From an uncultured Lachnospiraceae bacterium (lineage in GTDB: Bacteria; Bacillota; Clostridia; Lachnospirales; Lachnospiraceae): a DNA stretch of 64,000 nt. The translations under genes and the position numbers were made by a program. Shown one piece after another: positions 55,143-64,000 of this stretch. The stretch spans positions 2,542-66,541 of the forward strand of contig CACXAT010000010.1 of assembly GCA_902765725.1 (NCBI GenBank), written 5' to 3'. Numbering within the stretch: position 1 is the first letter of the stretch; each line of letters begins with the position of its first letter. The notes beneath the pieces were generated by a model that was given only the letters and a program-made list of their open reading frames with translations, searched no databases and had not been told where the DNA came from.

Positions 55143-56138
55143 ATGAAAAAGCTGCGAAGATGTCTGCTGTTCATTGCATGCTGGATACTGCCGGTTTTCT
55201 TTTCTGCGGGCTGCAGCACCCAAAAGCAGCCGGCAGATGAGACAGAGGCAGGCAGGAATCTGGTGGTCGGATTCTCCCAGCTTGGCAGTGAGAGTGCCTG
55301 GCGTCTCGGCAATACGGCAAGCATGGAACAGGCAGCAAAGGAACACGGTATCTCCCTGATGATGGAGAACGGGATGCAGAAGCAGGAGAAGCAGATCAAT
55401 GCCATCCGTTCATTTATCGCGTATCAGGTCGACGTGATCGTCTTTGCGCCTATCGTGGAAGACGGCTGGGCCAATGTCCTGCAGGAGGCGCGGGACGCGA
55501 AGATCCCGGTGATCATGATGGACCGGGTCATCAATACCGCGGATTCGGACCTGTACGACGCGTATATCGGGCCGGATCACTATATGGAAGGGGTAAACGC
55601 GGCGAAATTCCTCCTGAAAAAGGCGGAAGAGATGCCTCAGGAGACCATACACATCGTGGAACTGTCGGGGACGGACGGATCCAGTCCTATGCTGCGAAGG
55701 TTCCGGGGATTCCACGATCTGATAGACGGGGATGAGCGGTTTGAGGTACTGGCAACCGTCTCCGGAGACTTCCTGCGCTCAAAGGGCAGAAAATGCATGG
55801 AGAATCTTCTGGCCCGATACGGAGACGAGATCGACGTCCTTTATTCGCACAATGACGCGATGACGCTCGGTGCGATCGAGGCCATGGAGGAGCAGGGAAT
55901 CAGACCGGGAGAGGATATCGTGATCATCACGGTAGACGGGGAGCAGGCAGCGGTCGATCTGCTGAAGGAAGGCAAGATCAACTGCGTAGTGGAGTGCTCT
56001 CCCAAATTGGGAGAAGCGGTGATGGATCTTGCAGAGAAGATGGTGAACGGGGAAGAGTATCCGAGGAATACCCATCCGGAGGAGAGCGTTTTCACCGAGT
56101 ACGATGATCTGAGTAATCTTGGCCCGAGGGGATACTGA
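55143..56138 (+). CDS. Sugar-binding lipoprotein (YtfQ-like), probable co-sensor of the adjacent kinase
   Basis: Lipobox FSAGC, GFSQLGSESAWR, HNDAMTLGA; stop overlaps the kinase start (TGATG). Confidence 0.85.
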   Translation: MKKLRRCLLFIACWILPVFFSAGCSTQKQPADETEAGRNLVVGFSQLGSESAWRLGNTASMEQAAKEHGISLMMENGMQKQEKQINAIRSFIAYQVDVIVFAPIVEDGWANVLQEARDAKIPVIMMDRVINTADSDLYDAYIGPDHYMEGVNAAKFLLKKAEEMPQETIHIVELSGTDGSSPMLRRFRGFHDLIDGDERFEVLATVSGDFLRSKGRKCMENLLARYGDEIDVLYSHNDAMTLGAIEAMEEQGIRPGEDIVIITVDGEQAAVDLLKEGKINCVVECSPKLGEAVMDLAEKMVNGEEYPRNTHPEESVFTEYDDLSNLGPRGY

Positions 56139-57589
56139 TGAAGAAGGAACGCAGGCAGAGTATTGAGAATCGACTCAATTTTACCACGAGGTTTCTCGTG
56201 GCTGTGCTTCTGCTGCCTGCGGCAGCCAGTCTCCTGGTCCTTGCATTTTATACACTGTGGATCCACCAGTCTACGGATGCCATCAGCAGGATCGCCGAAC
56301 TGAGGCCGATCGTAGAGGAGAATATACCGGAGCAGACCTGGTCGGTCATCGCGGGGAGAAATACATTTGATGACTGCGGCGTATACGATTCGATCGAGAG
56401 TGTAAATGAATCGATGGACAGTTACATGAGGCGCAGCAGCAGTACTGAGATCCTGGTTGCGAGAAGGACCATGGATACGCTTCGCTCATACGTTGAGCAG
56501 ATTGAACAGAAGATGAGCGATGATTCGGTACCGGTTTCTTCCAGTGAGGAGACGCTGGAGGAGGTCCGCTCTGTCGCGAGCCTCATCGGTGATATGCTGG
56601 CTTCCTTTATTGAACAGGAGATCATGCGGGTCAATGCCAGAAATACATCCCTGCAGAGACTCTCGATCATTATTCTGGTACTTGGTATCCTGATCCTGAC
56701 CTTTTCTGTATTCTTTGCCAGGCGTGCCCGTGCAGCGCTGGTGCGGTCGGTCCATGAGGCGATCGACCGGCTTCAGCAGTTTACCAGGGAATTTGCGTCA
56801 GGTAATCTGCAGGCAAGGGCATCACCGGCCCTTGTGGAAGAACTGTCTGACCTGACGAATGATGTAAACGTGATGGCAGAGCAGATGGGCAACCTGATCG
56901 AACAGAACCGCAGGGAGCAGGAGAACCTGAAGAAAGCAGAGCTTCGCACGCTTCAGGCCCAGGTGAATCCCCATTTCCTGTACAATACGCTGGACACGAT
57001 CGTCTGGGCGGCCGAATCGGGCAAGGACGAGGAAGTCGTCGTTCTGACCAAGTCGCTGAGCGATTTCTTCCGCAGCTCCCTCTCCTCCGGTGAGGACTGG
57101 GTAACGGTCGCGCAGGAGATCCGGCATCTGAACGGGTATCTCTCCATTCAGAAGATCCGTTACCGTGACATCCTGAATTATGAGGTGGAGATAGCGCCGG
57201 AGATGGAACAGTACGTCATGCTGAAACTGCTGCTGCAGCCTCTGGTGGAAAATGCACTGTACCACGGTATCAAGTACCGAAGGGGCGGAGGAAGCATCCG
57301 GGTACGCGGATGGCTCGAAAACAGCATGCTCTGCTTTACCGTACAGGATACCGGTGTGGGCATGACGCAGGAGAAGCTGGATGAAGTCATGGAGTCCATG
57401 AAGACTGGAAAGATACGTCGCAGAGATCCCAACGAGCCGGAGGCGGGCGGCGGTTTTGGCCTGTACAATGTCGACCAGAGGATCCGTCTGTACTACGGAC
57501 AGGACGAAGGGATTCTGATCAGGAGCGGAAGCGGTGGGACAACTGTCAGCTTCAGCGTTCCGGTTCATCAGGGGGAGGCGCAGCAGTGA
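56138..57589 (+). CDS. YesM/LytS-type sensor histidine kinase
   Basis: HAMP, LQAQVNPHFLYNTLD, LQPLVENA, GFGLYNV. Confidence 0.92.
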   Translation: MKKERRQSIENRLNFTTRFLVAVLLLPAAASLLVLAFYTLWIHQSTDAISRIAELRPIVEENIPEQTWSVIAGRNTFDDCGVYDSIESVNESMDSYMRRSSSTEILVARRTMDTLRSYVEQIEQKMSDDSVPVSSSEETLEEVRSVASLIGDMLASFIEQEIMRVNARNTSLQRLSIIILVLGILILTFSVFFARRARAALVRSVHEAIDRLQQFTREFASGNLQARASPALVEELSDLTNDVNVMAEQMGNLIEQNRREQENLKKAELRTLQAQVNPHFLYNTLDTIVWAAESGKDEEVVVLTKSLSDFFRSSLSSGEDWVTVAQEIRHLNGYLSIQKIRYRDILNYEVEIAPEMEQYVMLKLLLQPLVENALYHGIKYRRGGGSIRVRGWLENSMLCFTVQDTGVGMTQEKLDEVMESMKTGKIRRRDPNEPEAGGGFGLYNVDQRIRLYYGQDEGILIRSGSGGTTVSFSVPVHQGEAQQ

Positions 57590-59172
57590 TGAAAGTATTT
57601 CTGGTGGATGATGAGATTGCTACAAGAGAAGGGATAAGGAACTCTTCTCTGTGGGAGGGAGGGGAGTATTCGCTGGTCGGTGAGGCGCCGGATGGAGAGA
57701 TCGCCCTTCCCATGATCTATGAAGAGAAGCCGGATATTGTGATTACGGATATCAGGATGCCATTTATGGACGGGCTTGCGCTGAGCCGCGCCATCAAAAG
57801 GAGTATGCCCTGGATCCATATCGTGATCCTGTCCGGCTACAGCGACTTTATCTATGCCAAGCAGGCAATCTCCCTGGGGGTGGAGGAATACCTCCTCAAA
57901 CCGGTGACCGCCGATGAGCTTCGGACCGTCCTTGACAGGATCGGGGATAAGATTCAGGAAGAGAACAGTCTGAGGACCAATGCCCATGTCTTCCAGAACC
58001 GCATGGCATCGGGCATGCGGTTCGTGCAGGATAAGCTGCTGCAGTCTATCATCAATTCTCCGCAGAGTGAGGAGGAAGTCCGCAAGACAACAGAACAGAT
58101 GGAGAACCTTGGGATCAGTCTGGCAGCCGGGTGCTACACCATTGCGGAGGTCAGCTGTACGCTCCCGGAGGGCGGGTCCGAGGAATGCTTCAGAATTCTG
58201 CTGCAGCTTACGGACGGAAGCGGCGGCATGATCCTGCTGTGTACCTTCAACGGCGGAGTGAGGGCACTGGTCATGGGAAGCAGCCGGGAGGACGTGGAGG
58301 AACGGGCCTATACATTTGCCTCCGCGGCCCTCTATACGCTGGAACAGAGCCATGCGAAGAATATCCTGATCACCATCGGGGAGATGTGCACGGAGCTTTC
58401 TGGAATCTATGAGTCCATGCGCTCTGCGAGACATATCCGGTATATGGCGCAGAAGCGTCCGGAGCATGAGAGGATGCAGATCATCGGGATCCAGGAGATC
58501 GACGACGCCCCGCCGGCCTTTCAGGACCTGGAGATACAGCCACTGTATGAACAGCTGCGCTACGCGACAGCGCAGGAATTCCCATCGGTATTCCAGGAAT
58601 ATGCCTACTCGCTGCAGGGAGCGGAGGTGAATCCGGAAGGGACCAGAGAATACCTGAAGATGGAAGGCATCATGACGGCGGCCCGCATTGTCCGTGAGGC
58701 CGGGGGAGAAGCCGGGGCAGTCCTGGACCGTCAGGATTACGAGACTGTGATCAACCAGGCACCCTGGGAGTCCACATACAATGCACTGATATCTCTTCTG
58801 AGGCAGGCGCTGGAGTACAGAGAGAGCACCACGCAGGCATACGGCAATACAGCTGTAATACGGGCGCAGCAGTACCTGGCGCACAACTTCACGGACCCGA
58901 ACCTGATGCTGCAGGACGCGGCGAAAGCGGCAGGTATGTCCAACAGCAGGTTTTCCACGGTCTTTTCTCAGGAAACGGGAATGTCCTTTACCAATTATCT
59001 TACAGGGCTCCGGATCTCCAAGGCCAAGGAACTGCTCAGGGCAACCGACATGCGTTCCTCCCAGATCTGCTATGCGGTCGGATACAACGACCGGCATTAT
59101 TTCAGCTATATCTTCAAGAAAAATGTCGGCATGACTCCGAGTGAATACCGGAATGAAAACAAACCAAAATGA
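57586..59172 (+). CDS. YesN-type response regulator (REC + AraC HTH)
   Basis: VFLVDDE, TDIRMP, YLLKP, FSQETGMSF, VGYNDRHYFS..FKKNVGMTPSEYR. Confidence 0.93.
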   Translation: MMKVFLVDDEIATREGIRNSSLWEGGEYSLVGEAPDGEIALPMIYEEKPDIVITDIRMPFMDGLALSRAIKRSMPWIHIVILSGYSDFIYAKQAISLGVEEYLLKPVTADELRTVLDRIGDKIQEENSLRTNAHVFQNRMASGMRFVQDKLLQSIINSPQSEEEVRKTTEQMENLGISLAAGCYTIAEVSCTLPEGGSEECFRILLQLTDGSGGMILLCTFNGGVRALVMGSSREDVEERAYTFASAALYTLEQSHAKNILITIGEMCTELSGIYESMRSARHIRYMAQKRPEHERMQIIGIQEIDDAPPAFQDLEIQPLYEQLRYATAQEFPSVFQEYAYSLQGAEVNPEGTREYLKMEGIMTAARIVREAGGEAGAVLDRQDYETVINQAPWESTYNALISLLRQALEYRESTTQAYGNTAVIRAQQYLAHNFTDPNLMLQDAAKAAGMSNSRFSTVFSQETGMSFTNYLTGLRISKAKELLRATDMRSSQICYAVGYNDRHYFSYIFKKNVGMTPSEYRNENKPK

Positions 59173-59306
59173 TGCGGATAAAATAAAAACAAACCAAAAG
59201 AATATACAATTTAACCAAAACAGGATTCCGCAATTCTCAAATGGGTGAAAAATCAACCAATTCAGAATCATAAACAATTGATGATTTCGTCAGATTGTCC
59301 TATGCT
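59162..59306 (+). promoter_or_regulatory. Phased AACCAAAA repeats plus promoter of the sugar ABC operon
   Basis: AACCAAAA at 59162, 59192 and 59213, AACCAATT at 59255; TTGATG (59278-83), 17 bp spacer, TATGCT (59301-06). Confidence 0.55.
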
Positions 59307-59362
59307 GTACCTATCAGTTGAGCTGTGTGGTGCAGCATTCTTTTTTGTAGGGAGGTATCAGT

Positions 59363-60355
59363 ATGAGAAAACTTACAGCAATTGTTCTGACTGCAGCAAT
59401 GTGCATGGGACTTGCGGCTCCGGCTATGGCGGACATTAAGGTCGCTTTCTCCCAGATCGGACAGGAATCTGACTGGCGTACCGCTAACACCGATTCCATC
59501 AACGGAACCATCGAGGCTCATGAGGGCTGGGAACTGATTTATGACGATGCACAGCAGAAGCAGGAGAACCAGATCAAGGCTCTTCGCAACTTCATCACCC
59601 AGGGCGTAGATTACATCCTGTTCACCGGCGTTGTTTCCACCGGATGGGAAGAAGTTCTCGCTGAAGTAAATGAAGCAGAGATCCCGCTGATCCTGGTCGA
59701 CAGACTTCCGGACTGCATCGATGATATTGACTATGTAGCTGCATTCGGCGGAGACTTCGTAGAAGAGGGACGCCGCCAGGTAGCATGGGCAGGCGAGTAT
59801 CTCAAGAGCGTGGGACGTGACAACGAAGATGTCAACGTTGTTATCATGGAAGGTACAACGGGCGCTTCCGCACAGACCGGACGTACCGAGGGCAACCTGG
59901 CAGCTATGGAAGAGTATCCGTTCCTGAAGCTGGTCGGACAGCAGACCGGTAACTTCACCCGTGCTGAAGGCCAGGCGGTTATGGAGAGCTGGCTGAAGTC
60001 CATCGACAAGATCGATGTCCTGATCGCACAGAACGACGACATGGCTCTCGGCGCAATCGACGCTATCAAGGCTGCAGGCCTTGTTCCCGGCAAAGACATC
60101 ATCATCGTAGGCTGCGACTCCGTCAAGGCTGCTTTCGAAGCAATCGTAGCAGGCGAGATGAATGCTACCATCGAGTGCACACCTCTGTATGGCCCGTTCG
60201 TAGAGAGCTGCATCGAGTCCCTGGAAGCTGGCGAAGAGATGAGCAAGGAAGTCATCCATCCGGAAGAAGGCGTCTATGATATGGAAGGCGGAATCGACCT
60301 TGGTACCGTCACATCTGTAGCCGCTGCGGATGTCATCGACGAGCGCGTATATTAA
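59363..60355 (+). CDS. Sugar ABC substrate-binding protein (YtfQ/galactofuranose-type)
   Basis: AFSQIGQESDWR, AQQKQENQIKA, GNFTRAEG, AQNDDMALGA, TIECTP. Confidence 0.88.
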   Translation: MRKLTAIVLTAAMCMGLAAPAMADIKVAFSQIGQESDWRTANTDSINGTIEAHEGWELIYDDAQQKQENQIKALRNFITQGVDYILFTGVVSTGWEEVLAEVNEAEIPLILVDRLPDCIDDIDYVAAFGGDFVEEGRRQVAWAGEYLKSVGRDNEDVNVVIMEGTTGASAQTGRTEGNLAAMEEYPFLKLVGQQTGNFTRAEGQAVMESWLKSIDKIDVLIAQNDDMALGAIDAIKAAGLVPGKDIIIVGCDSVKAAFEAIVAGEMNATIECTPLYGPFVESCIESLEAGEEMSKEVIHPEEGVYDMEGGIDLGTVTSVAAADVIDERVY

Positions 60356-60417
60356 TTCACAGGCTCACAATAACCGGTCAGGTCACTGATCTGAAGAGCT
60401 GCTGAATAGATACTGAG

Positions 60418-60448
60418 ACAGGGCGGTGGCTTTCACCGCCCTGTTTTC
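60418..60448 (+). terminator. Intercistronic hairpin after the binding-protein gene (partial terminator or mRNA stabiliser)
   Basis: ACAGGGCGGTG-gcttt-CACCGCCCTGT followed by TTTCC. Confidence 0.7.
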
Positions 60449-60481
60449 CGATAGACAACGCCACACCAAGGAGGTAGGAAC

Positions 60482-62011
60482 TTGCCGGAAGATATTATCC
60501 TTGAAATGAAAGAGATCGAAATAGCGTTTCCCGGCGTCAAGGCACTGGACAAAGTAGATTTTACGCTTCGAAAAGGTGAGGTTCACTCCCTCCTGGGAGA
60601 AAACGGCGCCGGAAAATCCACACTGATCAAATGCCTGACCGGGGTTAATCACAAAGATGCCGGTCAGATTCTTCTGGAAGGCCGGGAGATCAGTCCGACC
60701 AGTCCGCAGCAGGCAATGGAGCTGGGAATCTCCACCGTGTTCCAGGAGATCAACCTCTGCCCGAATCTGACGGTCGCGGAGAACATATTCATCGGACGTC
60801 AGCCCATGAAGAGAGGGCAGATCGACTGGAAGACCATTAACAGGAGAGCAGACGAGCTCATGGCCAGATTCCATCTGGACATTGATGTCACGCGTCCGCT
60901 GTCCTTCTATTCAACTGCGATCCAGCAGATGGTCTCGATCGCGCGGGCAGTTGATGTACAGGCGAAGATCCTGATCCTGGACGAGCCCACATCCTCGCTG
61001 GACGACAATGAAGTCCAGCTCCTGTTTGAGGTCATGAGGGATCTGAAGAAGGATGGAATGGGTATCATCTTCATTACCCATTTCCTGGATCAGGTTTATG
61101 AGATATCAGACAGGATGACGATCCTTCGCAACGGCCATCTGGTCGGCTCCTACGGGATCAATGAACTGAACAAGGTCCAGCTGGTCACGGAGATGATCGG
61201 TAAGGACATTGACGTGATTTTCAACCTGAAGAGGGCGGACGTGAAGCCGGACGCACCCTACATGCTGGAGGCGGAGCACATCGGAGTCCCCGGGAAGGTG
61301 AAGGACATCAGTGTCAACCTGAAGGAAGGCGAGCTTCTCGGATTCGCGGGCCTGCTGGGCAGCGGGCGAACCGAGACGGCGGAGATGCTGTTCGGCGCGG
61401 AGAAGACGGCGCAGGGAACGATCAAAAAGAAAGGCAGAGTTATCAATCTGAAGAATCCGCATGCTGCTATCATGGAGCGGATCGCCTTCTGTCCGGAAGA
61501 CCGCAAGGTGGACGGCATCATAGGGGATCTGTCCATCCGTGAGAATATCATGCTGGCGGTACAGGCAAGGCGTGGTTTCCTGCATCCCATGTCAAGAGCG
61601 GAACAGGAGAAGCTGGCAGACAAATACATCAAGGCCCTCGGGATCGCGACCCCGGATGCGGAGAAGAAGATCTCGGAGCTGTCCGGCGGCAACCAGCAGA
61701 AAGTGATCCTGGCCAGATGGATGGCGACGGAACCGGATGTCCTGATCCTGGATGAGCCGACTAGAGGTATCGATGTCGGCGCCAAGGCTGAGATCCAGAG
61801 ACTTATGCTGGAGATGTGCAATGACGGTGTGTCCGTTATCTTTGTCAGTTCCGAACTGGATGAGATCATCCGCTGCTCCAACCGGATCGTCATCATGCGT
61901 GACCGCCAGAAGGTGGCAGAGGTAGACGGGGATACCTGCACGCAGCAGGATATCCTGAGCATCATCGCGGAAGGCTCCGCGGCAGGGAAGGCAGAGGAGG
62001 TCAGCGTATGA
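60482..62011 (+). CDS. Sugar ABC ATP-binding protein, two NBDs (YtfR-like)
   Basis: GENGAGKS, LDEPT twice, LSGGNQQK; TTG start after GGAGG. Confidence 0.93.
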   Translation: MPEDIILEMKEIEIAFPGVKALDKVDFTLRKGEVHSLLGENGAGKSTLIKCLTGVNHKDAGQILLEGREISPTSPQQAMELGISTVFQEINLCPNLTVAENIFIGRQPMKRGQIDWKTINRRADELMARFHLDIDVTRPLSFYSTAIQQMVSIARAVDVQAKILILDEPTSSLDDNEVQLLFEVMRDLKKDGMGIIFITHFLDQVYEISDRMTILRNGHLVGSYGINELNKVQLVTEMIGKDIDVIFNLKRADVKPDAPYMLEAEHIGVPGKVKDISVNLKEGELLGFAGLLGSGRTETAEMLFGAEKTAQGTIKKKGRVINLKNPHAAIMERIAFCPEDRKVDGIIGDLSIRENIMLAVQARRGFLHPMSRAEQEKLADKYIKALGIATPDAEKKISELSGGNQQKVILARWMATEPDVLILDEPTRGIDVGAKAEIQRLMLEMCNDGVSVIFVSSELDEIIRCSNRIVIMRDRQKVAEVDGDTCTQQDILSIIAEGSAAGKAEEVSV

Positions 62012-63072
62012 AAAAGAAAGCATTCAATCTGTCTGCGCTCACCAGGTCCAAGATCACCTGGGCGGTAGTCGCGGAACTCCTCATTCTTCTGGTATGCTTT
62101 GTCATCCGCCCCGACTTCTTCTCGATCAGCATCCAGCCGTCGACCGGCGTGCTGTACGGAAGCCTGATCGACATAGTAAACCGCTCCGCGGAGATCAGCA
62201 TCATCGCGATGGGCATGACCCTTGCGATCGCCCTGGGCGGAACGGATCTGTCTGTCGGCGCCCTTGTAGCAGTTTCCGGCGCCATGGCTCTGAAGCTGAT
62301 GCGCTGGGATGTTCTGGAATATGTGACTCCGGGCGACTATACAGTCAAGCCCTTCTGGATGGCGATCCTGTTCCCGCTTCTCACCTGCACGGTGATGGGA
62401 CTGTTCAACGGATTTCTGATCGCCAAAGGCGGCATGCAGCCGTTCATCGCGACGCTGATCCTGATGGTAAGCGGACGCGGAATCGCGCAGATCCTGACGA
62501 ACGGAAAGCAGTTCACCACGATGTACTCACCCTTCCGCGTAATCGGCCAGGGAAACCTCGGACCGATCCCCATGCCGATCGTCATCATGACGGTGGTATG
62601 TGTACTGATGGCGTTGTTCGTGCGGAAAACGGCCTTCGGCACCTTCGTTGAATCGGTCGGCGTAAACCGCAGCGCCAGCCGGCTCTCCGGAATCAGCTCC
62701 GATGCGGTCATCATGATCGTGTACTCGATCACCGGCTTCCTGTCCGGTATCGCAGGGCTGATCTATTCCAGCCGCATCATGTCGAATGACTCCAACAACG
62801 CGGGTATCAACTATGAGATGGACGCGATCCTGGCAGTCGTCATCGGCGGAACTGCCATGACGGGAGGCAAATTCAGTCTGCTGGGAACTCTGATCGGTTC
62901 CATCATCATCCGCACGATCGTAACATTTGTCTATTACTTCGGAATTGTCGCGGAAGCAACGATGGCATTCAAAGCGCTGATCATCGCAGTCGTCATTATC
63001 CTGCAGAGTGAACCGGTGCGTGAGTATTTCGCCCGTCGTTCTGAGAAGCGCGCAAGTCTGAAGCAGGGTTGA
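62008..63072 (+). CDS. Sugar ABC permease (YtfT-like)
   Basis: GGTDLSVG, QPFIATL, EMDAILAVVIGG. Confidence 0.9.
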   Translation: MKKKAFNLSALTRSKITWAVVAELLILLVCFVIRPDFFSISIQPSTGVLYGSLIDIVNRSAEISIIAMGMTLAIALGGTDLSVGALVAVSGAMALKLMRWDVLEYVTPGDYTVKPFWMAILFPLLTCTVMGLFNGFLIAKGGMQPFIATLILMVSGRGIAQILTNGKQFTTMYSPFRVIGQGNLGPIPMPIVIMTVVCVLMALFVRKTAFGTFVESVGVNRSASRLSGISSDAVIMIVYSITGFLSGIAGLIYSSRIMSNDSNNAGINYEMDAILAVVIGGTAMTGGKFSLLGTLIGSIIIRTIVTFVYYFGIVAEATMAFKALIIAVVIILQSEPVREYFARRSEKRASLKQG

Positions 63073-63089
63073 GGAAAGGAGGCACATTC

Positions 63090-64000
63090 ATGGAAGCAAC
63101 CGGAAGGAAGCGGCAGAGCCTTCTCTCCCGCATAATGAACCCGAAATACATCATGGTCTACGCGACCGTCGGAATCTTTCTGATCATTTATATCTTTGGC
63201 GCCATCAACTACGCAGACGCCGGTTTCCTGACACTGCGTACCCTGATCATCAGTATGTTCACTGAGAACGCTTACTACGGGATCAGTGCAGTGGGTATGA
63301 CGATGGTACTGATCACAGGCGGCATAGACCTGTCGGTCGGCGCGGTATCTTCCCTGACCGGCATGCTGATCGCATACGGCGTCGCGCGGATGAACCTGCA
63401 TCCCTTTGTATGCCTTGCCTTTGCCCTGGTAGTTGGCGTAGGCCTGGGCGCTGTCATGGGAGCGGCCATTCATTACCTGAGTGTACCGCCGTTTATCATG
63501 ACACTGACGGGAATGTTCCTGACCAGAGGCGTCTGCTCGCTCATCAGCCGGGAATCGATCGAGATCAACAATGATCTGATCGATGCGCTGGCAGGTTTCA
63601 AAATCTATCTGAAGTGGTGGAATGAAGACGGAGAGTGGGCGAAGATCAAACCGATCTGTTACATCAACTTCAATCTGCTGCTGTTTATCATCATGATCAT
63701 CGTCGGTACGATCCTGCTGCAGCGCACCCGCTTCGGGCGGAACGTATACGCGATCGGCGGAAATGAACAGTCCGCGAAGCTGATGGGACTTCCCGTAGCG
63801 CGCACGAAGATCCTGGTGTACGCATTCAACGGATTCTGTTCGGTACTGGCAGGATTTGCCTATGTCCTGTACGTCAAGAGCGGATGGAACCTCGCACTGC
63901 AGGGCGGTGAGCTTGAGGTCATCACCTGCGCTGTTATCGGAGGTACGCTGATGACAGGCGGCGTAGGCTATATGATCGGAACACTGTTCGGCGTACTGCT
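63090..64000 (+). CDS. Second sugar ABC permease (YjfF-like), 3' truncated by the window
   Basis: My translation from ATG 63090 (after AGGAGG): ...VGMTMVLITGGIDLSVGA...PPFIMTLTGMF...RTRFGRNVYAIGGNEQSA...ELEVITCAVIGG; open to the window end. Confidence 0.88.
   Translation, partial: MEATGRKRQSLLSRIMNPKYIMVYATVGIFLIIYIFGAINYADAGFLTLRTLIISMFTENAYYGISAVGMTMVLITGGIDLSVGAVSSLTGMLIAYGVARMNLHPFVCLAFALVVGVGLGAVMGAAIHYLSVPPFIMTLTGMFLTRGVCSLISRESIEINNDLIDALAGFKIYLKWWNEDGEWAKIKPICYINFNLLLFIIMIIVGTILLQRTRFGRNVYAIGGNEQSAKLMGLPVARTKILVYAFNGFCSVLAGFAYVLYVKSGWNLALQGGELEVITCAVIGGTLMTGGVGYMIGTLFGVL

Noticed and set aside
1-64000. Mobile elements, prophage, defence island, rRNA or tRNA
   Set aside because: I saw no transposase, integrase, phage or known defence ORFs and no tRNA or rRNA signatures. 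A tRNAscan-SE or Infernal run would be needed to exclude small RNAs fully.

Overview
A GC-rich housekeeping chromosome segment whose gene content and order point to a Lachnospiraceae-like anaerobic Bacillota; this taxonomy is inferred and was not checked by search. I see no rRNA, tRNA, IS element, prophage or CRISPR array. Left to right: an OmpR-type two-component pair; a zinc-ribbon / DUF5685-like / J-domain trio; ftsH; a PAP2-family gene; uvrC-hprK-glucokinase-small ORF-VanW-AIRS_C-Lrp-aminotransferase; cstA; an orphan MoxR-type AAA+ ATPase with a VWA partner; rsmF; an AEC transporter; a NUDIX hydrolase; a C39-like peptidase; a ~15.5 kb glutamine-centred block (murT-gatD, asnB, type III glnA, gltBD, dapL, pyrG); a tannase-like exported hydrolase; an HTH-Uma2 gene; metY with a cysteine-type ABC transporter; pyk; an AGE-family isomerase; a DUF975/CmpB-like fusion; and a binding-protein/kinase/AraC-regulator module ahead of a YtfQRT-YjfF-like sugar ABC operon. 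The best signal is non-coding. Three leaders (murT-gatD, asnB, glnA) carry the same C-[AAnGRn]-G hexaloop hairpin overlapping the 5' arm of an intrinsic terminator. This is the layout of ANTAR antitermination, and it would put peptidoglycan amidation inside a nitrogen regulon. Other leads: terpene-synthase-like Asp-rich motifs in the DUF5685-like protein, a 158-nt palindrome before gltB, a terminator plus SD-loop leader on cstA, a recurring ETEA motif in exported proteins, and ABC binding proteins that lack a lipobox.
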